The translations under genes and the position numbers were made by a program. Positions 40,201-52,200 of a DNA stretch of 64,000 nucleotides are shown piece after piece. The stretch spans positions 24,056,001 through 24,120,000 of the forward strand of contig OY740810.1 in the NCBI GenBank assembly GCA_963514005.1, given 5' to 3'. Source of the stretch: Raja brachyura (taxonomy: Eukaryota). The notes beneath the pieces are model-generated. The model had not been told where the DNA came from, did not search any database, and saw nothing but the letters and a program-made list of their open reading frames with translations. Positions within the stretch are counted from its first letter, which is position 1. Each line of letters starts with the position of its first letter.

Positions 40201-43200
40201 AACCCGGATTACAGTGATTGTCATACAGGTAATAAACAGGCATCCATTCTGCACAAAAGCACAAGAACATATTCATCTTTCTGTGAGATACATCAATTAT
40301 AGTGACTTGCATTTGACTTGACATTAATGGAAGCAAAAGAACTGATAAAACTGGGGGTACACAAAAATGCTGGAGAAACTCAGCGGGTGCAGCAGCATCT
40401 ATGGAGCGAAGGAAATAGGCAAAGTTTCGGGCCGAAACCCTTCTTCAGACTGCAAAGGCAATCTGCAACATTGAAGATGTTGGTAGATTTGTCTATCATC
40501 ACCTTGGGCGATGGTTCCCAAGGAGTGAGATGTAATATAACTTTTCCAGGGTCTTGTTAGATCTTTATCATCTGAGGTGGCATTGTACAGCATGGGCAAA
40601 TTGACAGAGAATCTTTGTTTTGCAGAAGTTTCAAAGCGAGGATACATCACAGACAACAGATATTCAGTTGGCTCCCCCAGGAAAATTTGGGACGGACAAT
40701 TAATAGCTCAAAATTATGTCCATATAACATTAAAAAATCACCATAATCGGAAGTACTAAAGGATACAACACCATCAAATTGCTCTCCACACCAATCGAGA
40801 ATCTGCTTTAGCCTTGTTCTATGTTGACCACCAGCTTGACTTTCACCAATCAGTGCAGAGTAGGTTGCAAACAAAACGCCTTCTGAAGTAGCTGTATCAC
40901 CATACTTTATCTGCATCGATTCAATAGAATGTTATGACGTATGTAACGGATTAGAAAGCATATGGCCGTATATGCAAGTCACAATATAACATTCAAAGAG
41001 GGAGAATAAGTCAATCGAGTTAAAGCATTCCTTGTTGCTCTTCTGAACCCACTGGTGTCAAGCCACCTTCCCTCTCATTCAGCCACGAGGCATCTAAGGG
41101 TTTATTGTAATCTCACCCACCAGCTGCCAGGATCTGTTGTGTGGCCTGTCTTACACTCCGCCCAAGTTAACTTTTTACAGCAAAGATGAAATTGTTGTGG
41201 TGTGAACAAGGTACCCAAATTAATTCCATAGGTTTTTTGTCTTTTGGGTTTGGTTAAATTCCTCAGTTTGTGTGTCAGGTGGGGGAAGATGAAGTGTCAC
41301 AAGAACTTTGCATTCACTATGAAATTAAATACCTCACCCTACCTAAATATCATAATTTTCTTTGGGTCTTCATTAATTTAAAACACCAGACATATTAATT
41401 TAAAATACTAAGATTACACTTCATACCTTGTTGAGAGCATGCACTGGAATGTTTGCAGCAATATCTCGAAGATCCCGTTCTGCATCATATTTCAAGTCAT
41501 TGGAGACACTGAACCTATAACGTGATCATACTGTACTTGATTAACACTGACTTTACCATACATTTCAACAATATGTTTTTTTTTGGTGATCCACATTGTT
41601 ATTCAGCATTTTATTGTCTGTGCTCATATTGGCATCAACAACATTTCTAAGCACTGAACACGAAGGAAGTAGAAGATTGTGAACCTGTTTCACCATTCAG
41701 GTAGAACCACACAATACCTGCAGACATAATTTTTTTTGGTTTTAGTTTAGTTTTTTGAGACACAGCATGAAAACAGGCCCATCGGCCCACTGAGTCCACA
41801 CTGACCATCAGTCATTCGTTCACACCATTTCTACGTTTCCCACTTTCTCATCAATTTCCTACACCCTAGGGATAATTTACAATATCCAATTGTCCTACAT
41901 ACCTGCACATCTTTGGGATATGTGAGGAAACGGGAGCACTCGAAGGAAACCCACGCGGCCACAGGGAGAACATGCAAACTCCACACAAAAAGCACCCGAG
42001 GTCATGATTGCACCAGGAGTCTCTGGCACTGTGAGGCCATAGCTCTACCAACTGCGCCACTATGCCACCCTTTATTTCCCCAAAGTTACAAACTTTAAAT
42101 GAAAATAGTGTAAGAAAGAACTACAGATGGTGGTTTAAACCGAAGATAGACACAAAAAGCTGGTGTAACTCAGCGGGACAGGCAGCATTTCTGGAGAGAA
42201 GGAAAAGGTGACGTTTCAGGTAGAGACCCTTCTTCAAACAAAAATAATTGCATAATAAGAAAGTAATTTTTAAAGACTGTCAAACTTTACACTTTTGATG
42301 CTGATGTTTACTTCATACTTACCACAATGATTTCTTCCGGTCCCTTCTGTAATTTTCATGAATGATGCCGGCCACTGTTCTTCCCTTTCCAACACCAGCC
42401 CCATCACCAATAAGAAACCCTGCACGATGGTTATTTTCCAACAGTATTTCATGTTGCTAAAAAGACGTCAGAGAAATAGAATTTTCTTCATGCAGAAATA
42501 TCTAACAATAAATATATGTACAAAAAAAGCCATCTCAATGGATGGATGAATATATGATTCTAACAACTAGGTCCTTGATTTTCCATCTGGGATTTATGAA
42601 TTTATCTATGGTTAGGATAGAAATAAGGTTCAAGCAAACTAGGATATGATAGAAAAATCAGCTAAATTGCTAAGCAATGACTGAATATACATATTCTATG
42701 GTATATGGACACACTGATCTGATCTGTATTTATACCTAAAATATTCTGTTGTGCTGCAGCAAGCAAGAATTTCATTGTCCTATCTGGGACAATAAACTCT
42801 CTTGACAATAAATTCTCTTGACTTGACTTGACATCATCTGAATTTTACAATTGTCCAGAATAGGCTTGTTTATGTCTTTCAGAGTGGAATCACCTGGCAA
42901 GACATTGTCAATGTTCAAACACAAGATTTGTTGAGCAAAGCACTTTTAGGATGTTGGAACATTTTGGAATTATTTCCCAAGGAGACTTACTAACATAAAT
43001 AAAATGATTAAATGATATGAATTTTCACAGCAAGCACTCAGAAATTATGCATTTTAAGGAGTAAGCTGACAGAATTATTTATAAATTAGCATTATCTTTC
43101 AACATTTAATGTTCTTTTATAGTTTCCATTGTTTGAACAAAAGTAAATGACATCCGAGGGTACACAAAATGCTGGAGAAACTCAGCAGGTGCAGCAGCAT

Positions 43201-46200
43201 CTATGGAGCGAAGGAGATAGGCAACGTTTCGGGCCGAAACCCTTCTTCAGACATCCAAGAATGTGTACACTGTACTCAACAATGTTAATGTAACTGTATT
43301 GTGGTACCCTTTTGAAGTCAGTTCCACTAATACCTATTAAATCTAAAGCTAGCATGCATGCTTAAGCAAACATTTTTTAGGATGCTTTATGATATAATTT
43401 TTAGAGATTACAAAATGTATTATTTACAGTTATAGAGAGTGACCCAAGGGTATGAGCTCAAATGGCAACATGATGAGCTCTATAACCGAATTGAATACAT
43501 TTGTTATCGTGACAGATGGCAATAAAAAAAAATATCATGAGAACTTCTAGATTGTTGCAAAAAACAAAGAATATTATTCTGAGGAAGGAAAATAACCTTC
43601 CAATACATGATTTCAATCCAAGGTTATTTGACAGATACGCTTAATTCAACTGTTTTAAAGGAATGGAATTGCTGTAAAGCAAGAAGGCCCACTAGCTGGC
43701 AATAATCACGCTTTAGTGATATCGTAGGGTCACTTACTTCATAAGAACAAATATAAAAAAATAATAGAGTAACAAGGAACTGCAGATGCTGGCTTACAAT
43801 AAAAAGATACAAAGTGCTGGAGTAACTCAGCGGTCAGGCCGCATCTCTGGAAAACATAGATAGGTGACCTTTCAGGTCAGGATCCTTCTAATGACTGATT
43901 GTAGTGCGGGTGGGAGAAAGCTGGAAGCTGGGGCAAGCCAAAGCCTGGCAAGTAATAGGTGGATACAGGTGACGGTTGATTTTTGATAGGCAGATGGTTG
44001 GACAAAGGCCAGAGATGAAAAGACAGAAGGCGTGAGACAAAAAGATTAAAGAGTTGCAAGTTATGAAGCCCAAGGATAGAATGTAGGTGGAAGGGAGGGG
44101 AAGGGGACAAATCGGCACGAGATCAGGTGGAACAATAGTTTGAATCATTTTTTAATTTATAAATTTATTAACCATTTTGGTATATTTAAACCACAACACA
44201 ACCACAATGTTCCTTTAACAAGTGCAATAAATACACTATACCTGACATGCGTAGATGATTGCCTCTAGTTGTAGTGCAGACAATGACCCATTTGAAATTG
44301 TCAATGGAGGAAGGCAAAGGGTGTATCTGATGTTTGGAGGTGGCACACTAGACAATGTACTTGTTTCAACCACTCTGTCTGGGTGGTTAATTCCAATTTT
44401 AGCTGCATAAGAAAATAATTTAATATCTGAGATATTTCTGGATTATACATTGGACACACAGTCAATCTAAAATAATTAAACAACATGTTATTTTATAAAT
44501 ATATCTGTCTAATATCAGGATTATTTTTAAGCAAGCTTTCTAACAGAAAATATTTGCATTCTTGCTTTTAAGAAACATTGATGCCTAACAATGTAGTCAG
44601 ATTTGATTATGGGAAAAAAAATCACAACTAAGTATTATAAGAGTGAAGTGGTATAGAAAAGTGGGTGAAGGTTCATCTTCAAGAAAAACGGATAAAACCA
44701 TGCAAAGATCTTAACAGAAGGCTAACGTTTTTCAAGTTGATTTCCGAGGGAATGTGAGATGGTTTGACCATGAACTGGTCAAATTGGGAAATCTTTGTAA
44801 TTCCTGATGAATTGTAGCCCATGAGTGTATGCTCCTGAGGAAACCAGGGCAATGGCGAGGCTTTATCAACAAACGTGGAGAAGTAGGGATAACACCAGTG
44901 GAAAGTAAAAGTGGTGTCTTGCTGTACTGGGAGAAAGGTAAGTGCTGACCCGAAGAGCAGTTATGCTGCTTAAATGGAAGCAGGAAAAGAGCAAGAACAT
45001 TGGGTCCTGAAAGTTGACTGTAATTCAAAGCAATGTTTTTTTTAATTTAAATTAGCAGGGAATTATAGCTGATTTAGGTTGTAATGTCGAATTGGGAAAC
45101 TGAATAACAGTCTTTTGATCAATGAGAGGAGTTCAGATCATGTCAATCATTGTCAATGCAGAACGTGTTGCCGGATAATACCTCTGAAAGGAATCATCTC
45201 AATAATCACCAGTTATGCTAAGGGTGGGTCTTTTGGCTGGACAGTGATGGATGTACAAAGGAGGAGACTGTTGGAGAGTTTGTAATATCGGAGGTGAGAA
45301 GTAGAAGTGGAATTGGAAATGCTTCAAGGAGGTGGAATATGAAAGAGCCATTTAAAGATGTAGATAAATTATTAGATTTCAAGATATTTATGCACAAATT
45401 AATTTTATTTTTAAAATAAATCTTATGGCTTCTCTTTCAGATGTGATAATGTGGTTAATGACCAAACATACTGTTGTTGAAAGGTGATAAATCTATCACA
45501 GGAAATGACCACACAACAATCATCACAACTTACATTTGGAAGGGATATAGTCTGCATATGTTTCTGCATGCCCCAATTCTTCAGGCTCCTCATCATCAGT
45601 TTCTTCATCTTCTTCCAGATGTATTACCGTCTGAATGAACAATCGGAATATGGAAAATTTATTGAGATCTATTAATTTTATTTGCTTTTTGTCAAAATAC
45701 CTTACCTTCTACCTTTCATTCATTGCCAGCTTTAAAATCTGAGAAACATTTGTACCATTGTAGCTTTAAAGTGATGAGGCTTTTGGAATTGCGAAATTAT
45801 TTCGGTTTCGGCTAAGCGGAAAGGACTTTTCAAAGAGAGTTAGCCTTTAAAGTGTTACTCAATAATATATCAGAAACACCTCATGAAGGTCAATCAGTTT
45901 TCCACAAAAAATTGCGGTTACCCAGTAAAATAAATTACGTATTGAAGCATTTCAGAACATTGCACGGCAGATTAATTATTTCTTCCATTGCTAATAGATG
46001 AAAGACAAGCTACAATGTGACTGCAGTTACAAACTCTGCTCCGTAATCTAAATCAACAGTAGGGTTGATTGATGTGCTTAAGCCTTCCTTGAAGAAATGC
46101 AACATTTCCCACTGTGGATTGGGAATTCCAGCTCAAAGTGGAGTAGAAATATTCAGGGTGATATTGAGAACCTTGAAGCCATGCATGGGGAGACTCAGAG

Positions 46201-49200
46201 GCACAGTGTAGAAAACCGAATGAATGAAGTGTCTCACAAACTATCCACCCGTCAGTCCCGTCAAGCACCTCCTGCCCCAGTTATGGAAGAGCCAACCACT
46301 CCCACATTAACCTCATCAATCACCTCAGAACCCGCAAAACCAAAGTGAAGGACGATCAACCTCAATCCCGAGGGACTGCCAAGGAAGCGGAAGAATTACA
46401 CATGACCACCCTCAATAGTCTCTCACCGGCTTACGAACGTTAAATGGTGCAGGTATGGTGCAAGAAAAAAACCAAACCCAGCTCAATTCATATGCAAACT
46501 GTTCCAAGTTTTAAGAATTTTCAAGCAGGATAATGTGATAGCCACTAATGAACAAACAAAATATTTGCTTTGCCTTATTTGAGGTATTTACATGGAGAAT
46601 TAAGTATGAAATCAACTGAAGGTATTGAGCCAACCTAACATTGAAGACTTGAGATCAATCTGATGGTTTAAGTCAAGAAAACAAGGTCTTGGTGTTCTGT
46701 GACAGTTAATACTTTGTAAACTATTATATATATATTTATTTAAATAACTTTTTTTTTAAATAGATTAATAAGATAGCATAACGTAGCTATGAATTTGGCA
46801 GCAAAATTACCTGAAAAGGGTGAGTTGGGCCATTGCTGATTTGCAGATGATTTGAAAATGACTGAGTTGGAAATGCAAGGGAAAGCTGTACAAATACAAA
46901 AGACAGATCATTACATTCAATAACACCCAAATAAACCACTAAACTCTCATCATGAAGCCCTTCAATAACTAAGTGAGGGTTAAAATATGTTAATATGAAT
47001 ATGTTAGAGAAATTTATGCTGAAAAGGGCCATCTTCAACTGAGGAACTCTTCTGATGAACAGGCAGGGAGAAAAGAATGCAGTGGGGATGAAATATGAAC
47101 AAATGAGGGATAAGTCAGCTACAATTGTAATTCAAAATCTGAGTAGTGCAAAAGAGTATAAAAGTGCAATAACGAAATAACCAATGAGTTGGAGTTAAGG
47201 GTAAGATTATGTGGTACCACCTCTGGAAATTGGGTGTGTGAGAGGTGATTGGTTCAGCGGTTGGGTAGCACTAGGGAAGAAGTAGTTTTTTAGTCTGGAC
47301 ACCCAGGGTTTCAAGCTCCTGTATCTCCTCCCAGAAGATACAAGAGTGAAAAGGGAATGGCCAGGGAGACTGGCATTGTTGACCGTATTTCCAGCCTCCA
47401 ACAGAATCCATTAATAACCTCTCCACCGAATATTTGGTACTTTAGTCCACTCTTTGATTCAAGATCATTTTGAACATTCATTTTTGGATGATTACAGTGC
47501 CCTCCATAATGTTTGGGACAAAGACCAATCATTTATTTATTTGCCTCTGTACTCCACAATTTGACTTTTGTAATAGAAAAAATCACATGTGGTTAAAGTG
47601 CACATTGTCAGATTTTAATAAAGGCCATTTTTATACATTTTGGTTTCACAATGTAGAAATGAGAACAGTGTTTATACATAGTCCCCCCCATTTCAGGGCA
47701 CCAGAATGTTTGGGACACATGGCTTCACAGGTGTTTGTAATTACTCAGGTGTGTTTAATTGCCTCCTTAATGCAGGTATAAGAAGCTCTCAGCACCTTTG
47801 GAAACTTTTATAGCTGTTTATCAACAAGAGGACGAACGCTGTGCCAATTAAAGTCAAATAAGCCATTATGAGACTGAGAACCAAGAATAAAACTGTTAGA
47901 GACATCAGCCAAATGACCAAAATTAACTGTTTGGAACATCATTAAGAAGAAATAGAGCACTGGTGAGCTTACTAATCGCAAAGGGACTGGCTGGCCAAGG
48001 AAGACCGCCACAGCTGATGACAGAAGAATTCTCTCTATAATAAAGACAAATCCCCAAACACCTGTCCGACAGATCAGAAACACTCCTCAGGAGTCAGGTG
48101 TGGATTTGTCAATGACCACTGTCTGCAGAAGACTTCATGAACGGAAATACAGAGGCTACACTGCAAGTTGCAAACCATTGGTTGGCCGCAAAAATAGGAT
48201 GGTCAGGTTACAGTTTGCCTAGAAGTACTTAAATGAGCAAACACAGGTTTGGAAAAAGGTCTTGTGGACGGATGAGACAAGATTAACTTATATCAGAGTG
48301 ATGGCAAGACCAAAGTATGGAGGAGAGAAGGAACTGCCTAAGATCGAAAGCATACCACCTCATCTGTGAAACACGGTGGTAGGGGTGTTATGGCCTGGGC
48401 TGCTGAAGGTATTGAAGATACGACTGCTGACTTTAGTAGTATTATGAATTCTGAAGTGTATGGACATATCCTATCCGTTCAAGTTCAAACAAATGCAAAC
48501 TTAGTATGCAAACTTAAAGCACACGGTATTGGGGGTTCAGTATTGATGTGGACAGGGAACTGGCTGGCAGAAAGGAAGCAAAGAGTAGGAGTCAACGGGT
48601 CCTTTTCAGAATGGCAGGCAGTAACTAGTGGGGTACTGCAAGGCTCAGTGCTGGGACTCCAGCTATTTACAATATATATTAATGATCTGGATGAGGGAAT
48701 TAAATGCAACATTTCCAAGTTTGCGGATGACACAAAGCTGGGGGGCAGTGTTAGCTGTGAGGAGGATGCTAGGAGGCTGCAAGGTGACTTGGATAGGCTG
48801 GGTGAGTGGGCAAATGCATGGCAAATGCAGTATAACGTGGATAAATGTGAGGTTATCCACTTTGGTGGCAAAAACAGGAAAGTAGACTATTATCTGAATG
48901 GTGGCTGTTTCGGAAAAGGGGAGATGCAACGAGACCTGGGTGTCATGGTACACCAGTCATTGACAGTAGGCATGCAGGTGCAGCAAGCAGCGAAGAAAGC
49001 GAATGGTATGTTAGCATTCAGAGCAAAAGGATTTGAGTATAAGAGCAGGGACGTTCTACTGCAGTTGTACAGGGTCTTGGTGAGGCCACACCTGGAGTAT
49101 TGTGAACAGTTTTGGGCTCCTAATCTGAGGAAAGACATTCTTGCCATAGAGGGAGTACAGAGAAGGTTCACCAGACTGATTCCTGGGATGGCAGGACTTT

Positions 49201-52200
49201 CATATGAAGAAAGAATTAATAGACTCGGCTTGTACTCGCTAGAATTTAGAAGATTGAGGGGGGATGGTATAGAAACTTACAAAATTCTTAAGGGGTTGGA
49301 CAGGCTAGATACAGGAAGATTGTTCCCGATGTTGGAGAAGTCCAGAACAAGGGGTCACAGTTTAAGGATAAGGGGGAAGTCTTTTAGGACCGAGATGAGA
49401 AAATCATTTTTGACACAGAGAGTGGTGAATCTGTGGAATTCTCTGCCACAGAAGGTAGTTGAGGCCAGTTAATTGGCTATATTTAAGAGGGAGTTAAATG
49501 TGGCCTTGTGGCTAAAGGGATCAGGGGGTATGGAGAGAAGGCAGGTACAGGATACTGAGTTGGATGATCAGCCATGATCATATTGAATGATGGTGCAGGC
49601 TCGAAGGGCCGAATGGCCTATTCCTATTTTCTATGTTTCTATGTTTCTAAATGCCTGAAAACTAATTGGCTGGCGGTTCATTCTATAGCAAGACAATGAT
49701 CCCAAACATCCTGCTCAATCAACAAAGGAGTTTTTCAAAGCTAGAAAATGGTCAATTCTTGAGTGGCCAAGTCAATCAGCTGATCTGAACCCATTTTAGC
49801 ATGCATTCTTATATGCTGAAGAAAAAAACTGAGGGGACTAGCTCCCAAAATAAGCATAAGCTATAGATGGCTGCAATACAGACCTGGCAGAGCATCACCG
49901 GAGAAGACATCCAGCAACTGGTGATGTCCATGAATTGCAGACTTCAAGCAGTCATTGCATGCAAAGGATATGCAACAAAATCCTAAACATGACCACTTTC
50001 ATTTTCATGACATTGCTGTGTCCAAACATTATGGTGCCCTGAAATGAGGGGACTATGCATAAACACTGCAGTAATTTCTACATGGTGAAACCAAAATGTA
50101 TAAAAATGGGCTTTATTAAAATCTGACAATGTGCACTTTAACCAGATGTGATTATTTTCTATTACAATCTCAAATTGTGGAGTACAGAGGCAAATAATTA
50201 AATAAAGGGTCTTTGTCCCAAACATTATGGAGGACACTGTACATTCAAGAACCACATTACTCCCATGTAATTAAGAACTGTTTATAATAGCACAACACTG
50301 TACCAACAAGATCAACAGTTACATCTCACCAGTACTGACCTCACAGTCGGTATCTATTCTTGTGTCCCAAATACTTGGTGTGAGACCATCTAGATTAAAA
50401 TCCTCGGTATCCGCGATATCATGCAGTGATTCAGGTGAGGAGAAAAGGGAACTGTCATCAAAATAACTTGAATCCTGCAAACACACAAAAAAAAAGAAAA
50501 TCTGGTTAATGATAAAACACTTCTCACTGCTTGACTAAAGTAGACTTTTTTAATTGGAAAGTACTATTCTCAGTATTCCTACGAGGTAACATAACTGCAT
50601 AGTTATAACATGGAGGGGGCGAGCAGAGACCAGGGCGAGCAATGATCAGGACGAGCGGGAAGCAGATACCTGACGGAAGCTCCGACGCGGAGACCACGTA
50701 GGTGTCAATGAGTTTAAAGAATTACTTTTGGAAGTGTGTGTTTATGTAAATAGCCTATTGCATAAGTTGGGGGAGTACCTGTATTCCACGTTAATGTCTA
50801 CATCCTAAGGCAGAAAGGAATACTCAAGGAGGTAGGGTTGTGTAAATTATGATTATCATTAATCAAATGTAAATTTCAATATGGAATCAACACTGAACTC
50901 AGCATTCACTCTTGCTGATTTGCAATGATTCACTGATCACCTGTGCAATTGTATTTACTTGTTCTGTTAAGAGGCCATGGTCCAGAGAGCTGCACTTGCT
51001 CCAGTACAGGGTTTGGAGAATAGAACTCTAGCTCCTCCTGTAGCAACTGAAAAAATACTTACTGACCTGAGCCACTTGTTTTTAACTCCTTTAAGCTGTC
51101 TCTCCTAATGCAGCAACAATGCAAGTCATCTGCCTACCAAATGAGAAAGTAAGATAGATGCTAATTGTCTGTGGGGGTCTGTGGATGAACCCTGGCCCTG
51201 CAGCAGCTTTACACTTCAATTCATCACCCCACTCCTGGCCTCTTTTACCCTGTTCCACTGACGTCTAATGTGAGCATGAGAAACAACATCTTCACACTAG
51301 GCAAATTATAGCTTTCAATTATAGCTCATATATTATATTATATCAAATATATCAAATTATAGCTCAATACTGCATTCAACAATTGCAGTTGATTAAAGGG
51401 CCTGTCCCACTCTCCTGTTATTCACGGATTCTCCTGAGTTATTCACGAATTCTCCAGCGTTTTCAAACTCACGGAATGTTCATAACGGGTCCGTACGAGT
51501 CCGTGGATATATCGTAGCGGCTCGTTATGCCAGCCGTAGGTGCTCGGGGCTATTTCTGAACTCGTGGACATTTTTCATCATGCTGAAAAAACGTCCCGAC
51601 TTACCTGATGCCCCGAGTATCTACGGCTGGCATAACGAGCTGCTACGATATATCCACGGACTCCTACGGCCCCCTACGGACTCATTACGAACATTCTGCG
51701 AGTTTGAAAACACTGGAGAATTCGTGAATAACTCGGGAAAGTGTGACAGGCCCTTAAGGGCCTGTCCTAACAGCATACGACTCCATGCGATGAGCGCGAT
51801 CAAACTAGAAGCGGGGGCCGCGCGGAGGTCGGGTGATCCCTGTACAGGGCCGTTCCCAACAGCATGTGCCTACATGTGGCAAGCGCGACCAAACCGGCAG
51901 CGAGGGCCGCGCGGAGGTCAGGTGAGTGGCGCAACGCGGCGCAAAGTGAGGCGAACTTGGGGCGAAGTCTTAAAGGTAAGTTCGCCAGGACAGAGAGGGG
52001 CACACAGAGAGGGGCACAGAGGCACACACAGAGAGGGCCATGGAGCCACACACAGAGAGGGTCACGGAGGCACCTACAGAAAGGCTCACGCCAAGGCAGT
52101 GTGTAATCCGTCGAGGCGACTGCGAGCCGACAAGCCTTTGCCACGCGGAATTTTTGAACATGGTCAGTTTTTCGGAGTCCAGCGTGATGTCGGGACGAAC

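Noticed and set aside
44732-45028. 98-aa minus-strand ORF between SBNO2 exons
   Set aside because: No convincing donor, no SBNO homology, and the flanking exons join seamlessly (PSK|SKIG).
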